Assembly: GCA_035490715.1 (NCBI GenBank)
Contig: DATJLF010000005.1
Span: 2,208 to 66,207 of the forward strand
Length of the DNA stretch: 64,000 nucleotides
Direction: 5' to 3'
Origin: Cellvibrio sp.
GTDB lineage: Bacteria; Pseudomonadota; Gammaproteobacteria; Pseudomonadales; Cellvibrionaceae
Positions 48,412 through 59,550 of this stretch are shown here, piece after piece. Each line of letters starts with the position of its first letter. Positions within the stretch are counted from its first letter, which is position 1. The notes under the pieces are model-generated. The model did no database searches. It was given only the letters and a program-made list of their open reading frames with translations, and was not told the origin of the DNA. The translations under genes and the position numbers were made by a program.

Positions 48412-50895
48412 TTAATAAATGTCGCGGCGATAACGATTGGTTTCTATCAATTGCTGCACATCGTTTTCACCCAGTATTGCCTCCAGTACCTGGTGAATAC
48501 CCGTGCCCATTGCTATACCACCGCACACATAAATAACAGCACCACGATCCAGCCAATCACATAATTGTTGCTGTTTGGTTGCCAATATATTTTGTACGTA
48601 ACCTTCACCATCACGCGAATAAACTTCATCGAGGTCAGTGAGGAAACCCGATTGCTGCCATGCATCGAGTTCGTGGGCAAACAGACGATCTTTGCTGCGC
48701 TGGCGCTCACCAAAAATTAGCCAGTTTTGTTGCTGGTCTTTTAAGTAACGATCATGTAAATGTGCGCGCAAACCAGCGATACCAGTACCCGCGCCAATTA
48801 AAATCATCGGACAATTGGTTTGCGGGGCATGGAAAGAAGGATTCGCACGAATGCGCGCCAACACATTACCGCCCGCTTCCGCTATCGTGGTTAACCAGCC
48901 GGAACCCAGACCCAACTCGCCTTTTTCATTGAAAGTCTGGCGTACTACCAAATCCAGTTGTCCATCTGTTGTTAAAGACGCGATGGAATATTCACGATGT
49001 GGTAATTCTAAATTATTGTGCGGCTTTATTTCGAGAATATCACCCGCCTGCCAATGCGTGTTACCCGGTGATGAGGGCTGCAAAGTCACTCGATAAATTG
49101 GCGTGCCTACACTACCTGCGTTTAACAATTCACGTTTTTGCAAACGCCAGTTTTCATATGCCGGCGCAGCCCAGGCAGTTACATTTTTCACGCCGCTAAT
49201 ATCTGCAATTTGTTGTTGCCATTGATGGATCGCGTGCTCGTTACCGTTGTCGACATCAATGCGCGCGAATAACGGATGCGCCCCGCTTGCTAACAACCAT
49301 TGTTCAACCTGTACAGCAAACGCGCAGTAATCCTCGTAACGTTTATCGCCAAGTGCCAACACGCCAAATTGCAATTGTTTTAATGACAGTGATGACTTCA
49401 ATAATTTACGTGCGAAACCGCGCGCAGAATCCGGTGCTTCACCTTCGCCAAAGGTGGATGCCAAAAACAATATTTTCTTTGCTGATTCCAATGTAGTTCT
49501 ATCCAGTGCCGCAATATTTTTTACGCTCGCTTTAATTCCGCCGGATTGCAAAATAGTCGCCGTGTTCCAGGCAAGTTGTTCGGCTGTGCCCGTTTGCGTT
49601 GCATATACGATCCAGAAATCGGCGTCTGTATGAGCATTAACACCGGCAGCAGCATTTTTGCTATTGCGTTTCTTTTTGCGGCGATCAAAATACAGAAGAA
49701 ATCCGGTAATCGTAAACAACGGCATCAATAACGAGGCGATCATATTAATAATCAAACCGGGCGTTCCGAACCATTCGCCCGTATGCAATTCATAAATGCC
49801 TTGCATGATGCGTTTACCCAATGGCTCAAGTGGCTTGTAAGGTTGATCACTGACTAACTCACCCGATTGCGCGCTAAAGCTGACCATACTGCGCTGGCGA
49901 TCATTGGTTGCATCCGGCGTGACGTAATTAATCATTACCGGATCTTTTTCTGAACGTGGAATAGTCACGCTCGCAAATTTAAAATTATTTTCAGCTTTGG
50001 TTGTAAAGCTAGCCCATGCAGCATCAACAGCAATCGGTGCAAAATGCTGGTGTTGCATATCGCCTTCGCGTGCCATGCGACGCCCTTCATCACCACGACG
50101 TTTTTCGCCACCCTCGCGGCCCTGGCCACGCGTTTCGCGTCCCATAGCGCCAGCGCCTTGTCCGCCACCGGGACCACCGGGTCCAAAACCGCGACGCTCC
50201 TGCACAGGTTCGCCAGTTAACACTATTGATGCACCACTTTTAAACCAACTGTAAGACCAGGTCAGCCCCGTTAATGCCATCAGCAAATACATGAGTATCA
50301 GCCAGGTTCCAATCACCGAGTGCAATGCCCAATAAAAATTACGCCCTTTTAAACTGAAATCAATCCGGAACCAGTTGCGCCAATTCAATGCGCGACGCGG
50401 CCAGCGCAAATATAAGCCGGATAACGCAAAAAATATTAACGCGAATGCACTGAAGCCAGTGATTTGGCGACCGATATTAATGCCATCGGGTTCTGATGGA
50501 ATTAATAACCAGCGGTGCAGTGAACGCACAGTACGAAAAAATTGTTCGCCATTTATTTTTCCTAATAATTCACCAGTATAGGGATTAATATAAATCGCAT
50601 CCCCACGACGCTGGCCTTCAGGTGGAGCAACGCGTACCAACGCACTGCGATCAGCTTCAGGCCATAGCGTAATCTGCTCAACACGCTCACCGGGACGCTG
50701 CTCACGGAAACGCTCTGCAATTGCGTCTGGTGTTAAGCGCTCACCGCTCACTTCAACACGCACAACCTCGGGGCTAATCGCCTCCATGATCGTGCGCTCA
50801 AAACTCATCAAACCACCGGTAACGCCCACAATAGCTAACACCACACCTGCTGTGATCCCCAAAAACCAGTGAATCTGGAATAAACCGTTTCTCAC
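48412..50895 (-). CDS. PepSY-associated TM domain fused to flavodoxin and FNR-like reductase (PiuB/CysJ-like)
   Basis: QIHWFLG, LHRWL, LHSVIG and LHTG TM histidines; YATQTGTAE flavodoxin loop; REYSIAS, IGAGTGIAG, VCG and RRDIY motifs. GTG at 50895 preferred. Confidence 0.85.
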   Translation of the reverse strand: MRNGLFQIHWFLGITAGVVLAIVGVTGGLMSFERTIMEAISPEVVRVEVSGERLTPDAIAERFREQRPGERVEQITLWPEADRSALVRVAPPEGQRRGDAIYINPYTGELLGKINGEQFFRTVRSLHRWLLIPSEPDGINIGRQITGFSAFALIFFALSGLYLRWPRRALNWRNWFRIDFSLKGRNFYWALHSVIGTWLILMYLLMALTGLTWSYSWFKSGASIVLTGEPVQERRGFGPGGPGGGQGAGAMGRETRGQGREGGEKRRGDEGRRMAREGDMQHQHFAPIAVDAAWASFTTKAENNFKFASVTIPRSEKDPVMINYVTPDATNDRQRSMVSFSAQSGELVSDQPYKPLEPLGKRIMQGIYELHTGEWFGTPGLIINMIASLLMPLFTITGFLLYFDRRKKKRNSKNAAAGVNAHTDADFWIVYATQTGTAEQLAWNTATILQSGGIKASVKNIAALDRTTLESAKKILFLASTFGEGEAPDSARGFARKLLKSSLSLKQLQFGVLALGDKRYEDYCAFAVQVEQWLLASGAHPLFARIDVDNGNEHAIHQWQQQIADISGVKNVTAWAAPAYENWRLQKRELLNAGSVGTPIYRVTLQPSSPGNTHWQAGDILEIKPHNNLELPHREYSIASLTTDGQLDLVVRQTFNEKGELGLGSGWLTTIAEAGGNVLARIRANPSFHAPQTNCPMILIGAGTGIAGLRAHLHDRYLKDQQQNWLIFGERQRSKDRLFAHELDAWQQSGFLTDLDEVYSRDGEGYVQNILATKQQQLCDWLDRGAVIYVCGGIAMGTGIHQVLEAILGENDVQQLIETNRYRRDIY

Positions 50896-50961
50896 TCTCG
50901 TTCCCCCAAGCCCCAAAAACCACACAAAACTGTGGGCATCGTTATTAAAAAAAATTACGTG

Positions 50962-52377
50962 TTAATCAGCAGCAAGCGTCCAGCCACCGCCGAGTGATTT
51001 ATACAAATCCACCGCTGCATCCAACCGCGACAAGCGCTGTTGTACCAATGAGTCCTGCGCTTGAAATAAACTGCGCTGCGCATCCAGCAGCGATAACAAA
51101 TCATCAGTGCCCGCGCGATAACGCGCTTCAGTTAAACGCAAACTGCGTTCAGCATTGGCAACAATTTCCTGTTGGCTGATTTCCTGACGTTGGCTTACAT
51201 CAGCTGCCACCAACGCGTTATCCACTTCCTGCAGCGCGGTTAAAATCGCTTTGTGATATTGCAACAGCATCTCACTGCGGCGTGTTTCGGTTAAACGTTT
51301 TTGATTGACCAACCGCCCGCCGTTAAACAAAGTTTGCGCAAGCGATAAAGTCCAACCTGAAGATTGGGTTGCAGGATTCAAGCTGAATAATTCACTTGCC
51401 GATTCCCCCACCTCTGCACTCAACTTGATGCCAGGTAAAAGCGCTGCACGCGCTGCATGTATATCGGCATTGGCACCCCGTAAATCAGCTTCACTTGCGG
51501 CTAAATCCGGGCGACGGGTTACTAAATCAGCAGGGGTTCCTGAAGCAATTTGCGGCACCTGTATATCCAGCAAATATTCAGGAACAAGCACAAACTCCTG
51601 CGGGGTTTTACCCAATAAAATTGCCAGTGCCGATTGCGTTTGCCGCGCTTGCAACTCCAACGGCAATAACGATGATCGTTGACTTAACAAGTTGGTTTTT
51701 TGTTGTGCTACATCGGCGGCCGTTGCAGCACCATTGTTATAACGCGCATCAACAATTTTTTGCACACGTTCGGCAATGGCAATATTTTTATTGGCCGTTG
51801 CGATACGCTCCTGTAACGCCAGCCATTGGAACCAGCCACTGGCGATAGCAGCTTTGATACTGAGGATTGCAGCATCCTGATCGTAACGTGTCGCTTCATA
51901 ACCAGCTTTTGCAGACGCACGTTCGGCAGCAATCCCGCCCCATAAATCCACTTCGTAACTTATATTCACTCCAGCACGAGTGGACTCACTGCGAGAATGG
52001 TTTCCACCATCAGGTTTACTACGCGATTCACCACTGGATGCACTCGCCGATAGCGAGGGGAATAAACTTGCGCTGGCAATCCGCATTTGCAATTCAGCTT
52101 GCTTTACACGTTCCGCCGAGATTAATAAATCCGGGCTTTGCTGCTGTGCAGCCTGCATCAAATTATTTAATGCTGGTGACTGAAATGATTGCCACCAGTT
52201 TGATTCTACAACGGCAGTTTCGATGGCGGATTGCGCGGGTGCCACGGAGTAATTATCCGCATAATTAATATCCGGTTTTTGCACGTGGGTAGATGAGCAT
52301 GCAGTAATGAACAACGATGCAATAACCAGCGGCAATCGTTTAAACGCTAATGTTTTTTTGTGTAATTGCATAATCAT
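50962..52377 (-). CDS. Outer-membrane efflux lipoprotein (TolC/OprM-like)
   Basis: Lipobox ITAC, WWQSFQSPALN, SYEVDLWG, RRPDL and ALQEVDNAL motifs. Confidence 0.9.
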   Translation of the reverse strand: MIMQLHKKTLAFKRLPLVIASLFITACSSTHVQKPDINYADNYSVAPAQSAIETAVVESNWWQSFQSPALNNLMQAAQQQSPDLLISAERVKQAELQMRIASASLFPSLSASASSGESRSKPDGGNHSRSESTRAGVNISYEVDLWGGIAAERASAKAGYEATRYDQDAAILSIKAAIASGWFQWLALQERIATANKNIAIAERVQKIVDARYNNGAATAADVAQQKTNLLSQRSSLLPLELQARQTQSALAILLGKTPQEFVLVPEYLLDIQVPQIASGTPADLVTRRPDLAASEADLRGANADIHAARAALLPGIKLSAEVGESASELFSLNPATQSSGWTLSLAQTLFNGGRLVNQKRLTETRRSEMLLQYHKAILTALQEVDNALVAADVSQRQEISQQEIVANAERSLRLTEARYRAGTDDLLSLLDAQRSLFQAQDSLVQQRLSRLDAAVDLYKSLGGGWTLAAD

Positions 52378-54320
52378 TACTCCGTCGCCAATGCAGCAAC
52401 CGGATCGAGACGAGCCGCTTTGCGTGCAGGCAAATATCCAAACAACAAACCTGTTAAAAACGCACAGCTGAACGCCATAATTACCGGCCCGAATGAATAA
52501 GCTACGGGTGTACCGAGATTGGCAATTAACATAGCAGTACTTAATCCGATTATCACTCCAATCACACCACCAAGCGCCGACACGACCAATGCCTCAATTA
52601 AAAACTGCTGCATGATGTTGCGGGTGCGTGCACCAGTTGCCATACGCACTCCAATCTCCCGCGTTCGTTCGGTGACACTTACCAGCATAATATTCATTAC
52701 ACCAATACCACCGACAAGTAGTGAAATCGCCGCGATAGACCCCAGTAAAAATGTCATGGTATTTTGTGTTTCGGACACCATATCAATCAGCGATGACATA
52801 CTGCGAATCTGGAAATCTTCTGTGCCATGCCGCTCCATCATCAAGGCATGCACGCGGGTTTGCACCTCTTCCATATTTTTTTCGTCGTCAACGGAAATCG
52901 TGATATTGCGCAAGAAACGTTGCCCAATAACACGCAGGCTGCCGGTATTAAAAGGAACAAATACTTTATCGTCCTGGTCCTGCCCACCAGGGTCAGCACC
53001 GCGTTCACTCATCACACCAATAACCTGGAAGAGCACGTTATTGATGATAATAAATTCGCCCAGTGGATTTTTATTGGCAAATAATTTGGTCGCGACGGTT
53101 TTACCCAACACAACAACCGTTGCATAATTTTTGTTGTCTTCATCGGTGAAGAAAGTGCCTTGGGCCACATCCCATTTACGAGCCATGGGAAATTGCGCGG
53201 CGGTCGCACTAATTTCTGTGGCATGATCCACGTTGCCATAACGCAGGGTAAAACTACCATTTAGCTCGGGTAATGCAGCAGCGACATGTGGCAACGTTGC
53301 AATCGCATCAACGTCCTCCGGTATCAACGTTACCGAATCCCACCGAAAACGCTGTGTTGGACCACCGGGCCGCACTAACAACAAATTGCTCCCCATTGCG
53401 CTAATACTATCTACAACCGATTTTTTCGCACCATCGCCAATGGCGAGCATACTAATGACGGAAGCTACACCAATCACAATTCCCAACAGCGTTAAAATTG
53501 TGCGAAAAATATTGCTGCGCAACGAGCGGAATGCGGTTTTGGTCGCTTCAAGAATTTCCGTTTTAATTTGAGGCGTACCATGCAGCGCATGCTCTTCTGC
53601 CGGTAATTGTTTCGGAATAGTGGGGCCAGGATCAGCAATAATTTTACCATCGCGAATTTCAATTAACCGTTGGGCGTGATGCGCAACTTCTGCGTCATGG
53701 GTAATCAAAATAATGGTATGTCCTTGCGCTGATAATTCTTTCAGCAAGCGCATGACTTCTTTACCGCTGTGGCTATCCAACGCGCCGGTGGGTTCATCCG
53801 CAAGAATTATCTGGCCACCATTCATGAGTGCGCGTGCAATTGAAACACGTTGCTGCTGACCGCCGGATAATTGATTGGGCCGATGATGCAAACGTTCTTG
53901 CAACCCCAATGCACTTAATAATGTTGAGGAACGTTCGCGGCGCGCCTCAGGTGTCATGCCGGAATAAGTTGCAGGCATTTCCACGTTTTCACATGCCGTA
54001 GAACCCGCTAGCAAGTTATAACTCTGGAATACGAAACCAAAGGCCTCCCGACGTAATTGTGCAAGACCATCGGTATCCAGTGTTGCAACGCTGGTGCCGT
54101 TAAATAAATATTCACCGGTGCTCGCGCGATCAAGGCAACCGAGAATATTCATCAAGGTGGATTTGCCTGAACCTGATTGCCCCATGATGGCAACAAATTC
54201 GCCGGGATAAATTTCCAGATCAACGCCGTGCAAAACCTGGGTAGCAATTTCGCCATTGCGAAACGTTTTGGTAACGCCGGATAATTTAATCAGCGGTTGA
54301 ATTGAATTAGCAGCAGTCAT
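52377..54320 (-). CDS. macB: MacB-type ABC transporter (NBD plus FtsX TMD)
   Basis: [31 protein letters not shown] and [20 protein letters not shown] motifs. Confidence 0.92.
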   Translation of the reverse strand: MTAANSIQPLIKLSGVTKTFRNGEIATQVLHGVDLEIYPGEFVAIMGQSGSGKSTLMNILGCLDRASTGEYLFNGTSVATLDTDGLAQLRREAFGFVFQSYNLLAGSTACENVEMPATYSGMTPEARRERSSTLLSALGLQERLHHRPNQLSGGQQQRVSIARALMNGGQIILADEPTGALDSHSGKEVMRLLKELSAQGHTIILITHDAEVAHHAQRLIEIRDGKIIADPGPTIPKQLPAEEHALHGTPQIKTEILEATKTAFRSLRSNIFRTILTLLGIVIGVASVISMLAIGDGAKKSVVDSISAMGSNLLLVRPGGPTQRFRWDSVTLIPEDVDAIATLPHVAAALPELNGSFTLRYGNVDHATEISATAAQFPMARKWDVAQGTFFTDEDNKNYATVVVLGKTVATKLFANKNPLGEFIIINNVLFQVIGVMSERGADPGGQDQDDKVFVPFNTGSLRVIGQRFLRNITISVDDEKNMEEVQTRVHALMMERHGTEDFQIRSMSSLIDMVSETQNTMTFLLGSIAAISLLVGGIGVMNIMLVSVTERTREIGVRMATGARTRNIMQQFLIEALVVSALGGVIGVIIGLSTAMLIANLGTPVAYSFGPVIMAFSCAFLTGLLFGYLPARKAARLDPVAALATE

Positions 54321-55759
54321 TAACGTCTACCCATTCCCGGGCCGCCACCGAAACCACCTGCCGGTGCAACTTTTACCTGATTGGGTTTAGTGCTGCCGCT
54401 GACAACTTTTTCACCTTCTTTCAAGCCTTCAATAATCTGTGCTTGCACCCGGTTGGTTACACCAACCAATACTTTGCGTTCTTCAATATCACCATCCTCA
54501 TTCATGATTTTTACAACGGCAGGACGCGGGCGATTTGTTGCTGTACCTTGAGTGTCACCTCTTTCGCGGCGACCTTTCCACTCACCATTGGGAGCAACTT
54601 CAGGACGGGCATTGGCAGATTCCGGTTTTGCTTGTCCGGTTGCAGGAGTCATATCGCTTTTATCGGTGAATGTTTTTTCTGTTTGCAGTTTTTCGGATTG
54701 GGTACGTTCTGCCGACGGCTTGTTATTCTGTGATGCGTCGCCTTGACCTTGTGGACGTGGTCCACGCGGTGAATCAAAACTGACCGCAGACATAGGCACT
54801 AACAACACCTCCCTGGCTTGCGATTCTATAAAAAATACCTGCGTGCTCATTTGGGTCATCAGCAAACGGTTTTCGTTAGGCACATCAAAAAGCGCGTTAT
54901 ACAAAACAACATTATTGAGAATTTCCGGCGTGGGCTGAATACGATCCAGCTTGCTATACCAGCGACGTCCCTGGCTGCCGAGGGTGGTGAAATACACATC
55001 CATATCCTTACGCAATTTACCGATATCCGCTTCAGACACCTGGGTTTGCACAGTCATAATAGAAAGGTCAGCCACACGCATAATGGTCGGTGCCATTTGG
55101 TTCGTGTTGAGTGTTTGCCCCTGGCGTGAAGTGATGGACACGACGGTGCCATCCATTGGGGCATAAATTTTGGCGTAATCCAGATTGGCGGCTTCTACAC
55201 GCAACGTAGATTCGATCTGTGCAATTTGTGCTTGCAATGATTTAAGTTGTGCACGCGCTGATTTCAAACCAGCATCGGCTGTCTCCAATGATTCACTGGT
55301 TGTTGCATCTTCAGCAAATAAATTTTTTTCACGTTTGAAATTAATCTCAGCCAATGTTAATTGTGCTTCGCGATCCAGCAATTGTGCTTTCTGGTTTTGC
55401 AATTGTGCGCGGGTAGCATCTACTTTTGCGGCATATACAGTCGCATCAATTTCAGCGAGCAAATCACCCGCTTTGACTTCGCTTCCCACTTCAACATGTA
55501 ATTTTTTCAGTTGACCGGACACCTGTGCGCCGACATCAACATAATCTTGCGGTTGCAATGTCCCTGTGGCAGTAACCAGATTTTCAATATTTCCGCGTGT
55601 CACAGCCTCCGTGGTATAGACGATTTCATTTTCATCATTCGCAAAAGCGAACTTCCATACTAATACAATTGCAATCACGCTTATGATTACAAAAAAGCCT
55701 ATACCTGACTTCCGACGATAAAACGGGCGTTGTTGAGAGGAAAAAGAAGGGGAAAGCAT
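54320..55759 (-). CDS. macA: MacA-type periplasmic adaptor
   Basis: [32 protein letters not shown] and VSEADIG motifs; N-terminal TM. Confidence 0.9.
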   Translation of the reverse strand: MLSPSFSSQQRPFYRRKSGIGFFVIISVIAIVLVWKFAFANDENEIVYTTEAVTRGNIENLVTATGTLQPQDYVDVGAQVSGQLKKLHVEVGSEVKAGDLLAEIDATVYAAKVDATRAQLQNQKAQLLDREAQLTLAEINFKREKNLFAEDATTSESLETADAGLKSARAQLKSLQAQIAQIESTLRVEAANLDYAKIYAPMDGTVVSITSRQGQTLNTNQMAPTIMRVADLSIMTVQTQVSEADIGKLRKDMDVYFTTLGSQGRRWYSKLDRIQPTPEILNNVVLYNALFDVPNENRLLMTQMSTQVFFIESQAREVLLVPMSAVSFDSPRGPRPQGQGDASQNNKPSAERTQSEKLQTEKTFTDKSDMTPATGQAKPESANARPEVAPNGEWKGRRERGDTQGTATNRPRPAVVKIMNEDGDIEERKVLVGVTNRVQAQIIEGLKEGEKVVSGSTKPNQVKVAPAGGFGGGPGMGRR

Positions 55760-55869
55760 AGTTATTTCTCGTCCACAATAAATATGGCGCGAGTATACCT
55801 GATGACATTGATGTAGGCGTTGACGCTATAGGGTATCAACACTTGTTTCACAATGTTTAATTGTTGACA

Positions 55870-57363
55870 TCAGTAAACATCACGGCAATAGCGACGCCCA
55901 TCCGCCATTTGCTCCAATCGATCAACGCCAATAATTTGACCCAACAGTTCATCCACAGCCTGTGCCATACCTTGTAAATTGCCGCACACAAAAATGGCCG
56001 CACCCTGCTCCACCCAACGCTGCAATTCCAGTGCATTGGGCAATAACAAATCCTGGACATAACGCGGATCACCTGTTTGCGCGTCACGCGAAAACACGCG
56101 ATCAACACGCTCCAGCAAACCAGATTGCTGCCAATGCAAAATATCGTCGTAAAAAAAGTAATCAGCATCAGCCGTTCGTTCACCAAAAAATAACCAATTC
56201 CGGGTTCCGGCGCGCGCCGGATTTGCCAAATGGGAACGCAACCCCGCAATTCCCGTACCGTTGCCAATCAAAATAAGTGGACATTGACCGGGGGAATGAA
56301 AGTGGGGATTGCTACGAATACGCAATCGTATTGGTTCGAATAATTGAGCATGCACAGTCAACCAGCCTGAACCAAGGCCATATTGATGCGGGGCAAACTT
56401 CACTTGCCGCACCAGTAAATCGAGCGAATTCTCCGAGGGTACGGAAGCTATGGAATATTCGCGCTTGGGAAGATGAGCTAAAGCCTCAATCAACGCTATG
56501 TCATCCAATGCACGTAATTTTTCCCATGTTTCTTGCGTATCCACATGCAAATTTCGATATTGCAATAATTCGGGAGCAATGGAATTTCGTTTCAGCTGTT
56601 GCAAAAAATACTGGATCTTTTCTCTGCCATTTCCCGGCCCTATTTCCACAATGTCGCCCGCACGCCAGGTGTCTCCAATAATCCCACCGTTCACAGGCGA
56701 TAACTTTATATGGAAAGCTGGGGCTCCAGGGCTGCCGGAATTAATGCAGTGACGTGCTGTTATTTGCCACTCTTTATAATCCGGTTGGCTCCAGTCAGCA
56801 TAATGGGTGTTTCCGGAAATTTGCCCAAGATAATATTGCCAATGCCGCAACGCGCTTTGATCCAATTGGTCGACTTCAATAATATCTGTTAAAAAGTGCG
56901 CGCCCTGATGATGCAGAGCGGTATGCAACTGATGAGCAAACCCGCAAAAATATTGGTAATTTGAATCACCCAAGCCCAAGATCGCTACTTGTAAATGTTG
57001 AAGGGGATTTACACTGGATTTCATTAAGCGGGGAATAAAACGGTTGCCATTGTCGGGTGCCTCGCCTTCACCATACGTGCTGGCAATAATCAGGAGAGTT
57101 TTTGTTCCTGCCAATAAATCCGGAGTCAGTTGGTTAAGAGTGAGAACAGTGCTTTCTTTTCCTGCATCACGTAATTGCTGCGCCGTTTGATTTGCAATTA
57201 CATTCGCCGTGCCGGTTTGGCTGGCATACGCAACCAAAATATCAGCGTGCTGAAACTTTTTCGCCAAGCCCTGCTGACGCTGATATTTCCGCCAACAAAG
57301 CCAGCAAAGCCAGCAAAAAACAATGTAGATAAAAATTAATATTCCCGCCGCCAAATAACGCAC
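55870..57363 (-). CDS. Membrane-anchored flavodoxin plus FNR-like oxidoreductase (CysJ-like)
   Basis: N-terminal TM, YASQTGTA, STYGEGEAPDN, REYSIAS, IGNGTGIAG, FFGER and RYCRDVY motifs. Confidence 0.85.
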   Translation of the reverse strand: MRYLAAGILIFIYIVFCWLCWLCWRKYQRQQGLAKKFQHADILVAYASQTGTANVIANQTAQQLRDAGKESTVLTLNQLTPDLLAGTKTLLIIASTYGEGEAPDNGNRFIPRLMKSSVNPLQHLQVAILGLGDSNYQYFCGFAHQLHTALHHQGAHFLTDIIEVDQLDQSALRHWQYYLGQISGNTHYADWSQPDYKEWQITARHCINSGSPGAPAFHIKLSPVNGGIIGDTWRAGDIVEIGPGNGREKIQYFLQQLKRNSIAPELLQYRNLHVDTQETWEKLRALDDIALIEALAHLPKREYSIASVPSENSLDLLVRQVKFAPHQYGLGSGWLTVHAQLFEPIRLRIRSNPHFHSPGQCPLILIGNGTGIAGLRSHLANPARAGTRNWLFFGERTADADYFFYDDILHWQQSGLLERVDRVFSRDAQTGDPRYVQDLLLPNALELQRWVEQGAAIFVCGNLQGMAQAVDELLGQIIGVDRLEQMADGRRYCRDVY

Positions 57364-57521
57364 ACATAAACCTTTTATTGTTACCCGAATCGATGCTCGT
57401 TGGCCGATTGGGACGGATTAACGAATGATGCATCTTTGACAGTTTTATTTAAACTTTACTCCCTGGTTTTTCAATGGCGTATCCCTACGCTCACTGTTTC
57501 AAAAATTAAACCCGTTTGTTT

Positions 57522-58349
57522 TTATTCCGGTAATACCTCAACGGTTGCAGCATAACCACCAGTGCGGATAGTGGCAGGTTTTTTCGCTTTATTATCGCGA
57601 TAATCTGCACTCAACCAATACATGCCGGCATTTGGCCAAGTTATGGATACCTTGCCTTTTTTATCTGTTACCAATTCAATTGCCGCTTGATCATTGCGAT
57701 AACGCATGCCGCCAGGAATAACCATTATTTTCACACCTTCTGCGGGCTTACCGTCAATTAAAAATTGAAACTCGGCAGCTTCACCAGCAAACAAATCGTT
57801 CGGGTGAGTAATCGGCAACATTTCCAAACCTTGTTTGGTGATTTTTAATACGTTGTCATCGGGAGTACCTGAGGTAACGAAAGTTTCCAGACGACGGGAG
57901 AATTGGGAAATTTCTATATCTTTCGCATCCTTGGGGATATTTTTTTCTACGTCAGCAGGATTACCTTTTTCACCACGCCCTGGCCACATACGACGCTCAC
58001 CTGCCGGGGTTTTCCAGGTTGCCATAACACCAGTAGAAGCAATCGCAATTTTATAGGTGCCTTTTTGCGGCAACTGCACATCAAATACACTGCGGAATTT
58101 TCCGGTAACTGCATTTTGCGGAGTTAACGAACTACCATCCGGTGCAGTAATTTTCACACCATCAACTCGCATAGGTGCGTGATCTGCATGAAAAATATCG
58201 TTGGATACAGCGGCATCCACACCTACCCAGGCCTCATCACTGGAAAGGACGGTTGCACTCGGCAACAACCAGACGCGGTGGGCTTGTGCACTTAATGGCA
58301 AGCACATAACTAATGCAGTGCAGAGCGACGCTTTCAAAAATGTATTCAT
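57522..58349 (-). CDS. DUF4198 periplasmic protein
   Basis: Signal peptide then AHRVWLLPS; GLEMLPITHPND and G.RYR motifs. Confidence 0.8.
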   Translation of the reverse strand: MNTFLKASLCTALVMCLPLSAQAHRVWLLPSATVLSSDEAWVGVDAAVSNDIFHADHAPMRVDGVKITAPDGSSLTPQNAVTGKFRSVFDVQLPQKGTYKIAIASTGVMATWKTPAGERRMWPGRGEKGNPADVEKNIPKDAKDIEISQFSRRLETFVTSGTPDDNVLKITKQGLEMLPITHPNDLFAGEAAEFQFLIDGKPAEGVKIMVIPGGMRYRNDQAAIELVTDKKGKVSITWPNAGMYWLSADYRDNKAKKPATIRTGGYAATVEVLPE

Positions 58350-58383
58350 TTATTTTCTCCTAAAAATAATTTGTTTTTTGTTA

Positions 58384-58908
58384 TCAAGGTTTTACTACCA
58401 GCTTAACCTCACCCAATTCCTTGCTTCCTTTTGCACTTTGCTCGGCAGTAACCGGCCATACAAAAGGTACTTTCACTAACTCACGGCCACCCACTTCACG
58501 CACAGCTTCAACCATCAATACATATTTGCCTTTTGATAATTTACCTAATGGCGCTTTCCCTTCTGTAAACACCAGTGCATGTTTACCCGGTTTACGAGTT
58601 GCACCACTCACACCATCAAGCGGCATATCAGTTTCGCGGCCAATACGACGCCACCATTGACGCATGTCTTTCAACCACTCTTCACCTTTCTCACTTTTTT
58701 GGCCGCGCTCTTCCAGCTGGTACCAAACGGACAAATTAGTGCTCTCACCTTTTTCATTTTCCAACCACACCGCCACATAGGGTTCGTGGTATTCAGCCAC
58801 TTCAAGCCTTGGAACTTCAATGGAAACAGTTAAATCTGTCGCCTGGACTGATAAAGCTCCCATCATTAAACCAATCATCAATGAACATTTGGATAAGCGC
58901 GAACGCAT
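58384..58908 (-). CDS. DUF2271 periplasmic protein with a predicted flavinylation motif
   Basis: YHEPYVAVW, WLKDMRQWWR, DGVSGAT ([ST]GA[ST]) and EAVREVGGRE motifs. Confidence 0.8.
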   Translation of the reverse strand: MRSRLSKCSLMIGLMMGALSVQATDLTVSIEVPRLEVAEYHEPYVAVWLENEKGESTNLSVWYQLEERGQKSEKGEEWLKDMRQWWRRIGRETDMPLDGVSGATRKPGKHALVFTEGKAPLGKLSKGKYVLMVEAVREVGGRELVKVPFVWPVTAEQSAKGSKELGEVKLVVKP

Positions 58909-58932
58909 AACAACCTCGCTAATTATTTTTAA

Positions 58933-59550
58933 TTAATGGATAAACAATAAAATCAACACCCAGGGTAGTACCAAACCCAATCCCACCATGGGCCAGGTTG
59001 CAGGGCGACCACTTGCGTAGCGTTTTAATAGCAGTAAACCGGTTATACAAAAAACAATGCATGCGATTGCAAAAAAATCGAGGAACCAACTCCAGGCTGT
59101 GCCGGTGTTACGACCTTTATGTAAATCATTGAAATAGGAAATCCAGCCACGCTCTGTTAATTCGTACTCAAATGCACCTGAAGTCAAATCAATACTTAAC
59201 CAGGCATCACCACCAGGACGAGGCAAGGATAAATATATTTCCCCTTCACTCCACTCTGCATTTTTTCCATTGGCTCTGATGCCTTGTGTATCACGTAACC
59301 ACACCACCAACTCTTTTGGTAAGGGGGCATTTTCGACAACGGGAATTTTAACGGCTTGAATAATATCGAGTGGAACATCAGCAGATAGGCTGGTAATTTT
59401 TGGTGAAGCCGTTATTTGTGAAGCATGGTTCAAGGTGATGCCGGTAATAGCAAATAACAGCATTCCAATAAGGCAAATTGCAGAACTGATCCAATGCCAC
59501 TGGCGCAGGCTGCCGAGCCAGAAACCGGATGTTTTTTTATCGTTGGCCAT
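58933..59550 (-). CDS. PepSY-associated TM-helix protein
   Basis: LRQWHWISSA, TGITLNH and NDLHKGR motifs; TAATG overlap with the upstream stop. Confidence 0.82.
   Translation of the reverse strand: MANDKKTSGFWLGSLRQWHWISSAICLIGMLLFAITGITLNHASQITASPKITSLSADVPLDIIQAVKIPVVENAPLPKELVVWLRDTQGIRANGKNAEWSEGEIYLSLPRPGGDAWLSIDLTSGAFEYELTERGWISYFNDLHKGRNTGTAWSWFLDFFAIACIVFCITGLLLLKRYASGRPATWPMVGLGLVLPWVLILLFIH

Noticed and set aside
55857-56267. 136-aa minus ORF as a possible apbE remnant or frameshift
   Set aside because: It is an alternate frame inside the intact 497-aa reductase and has no ApbE motifs.
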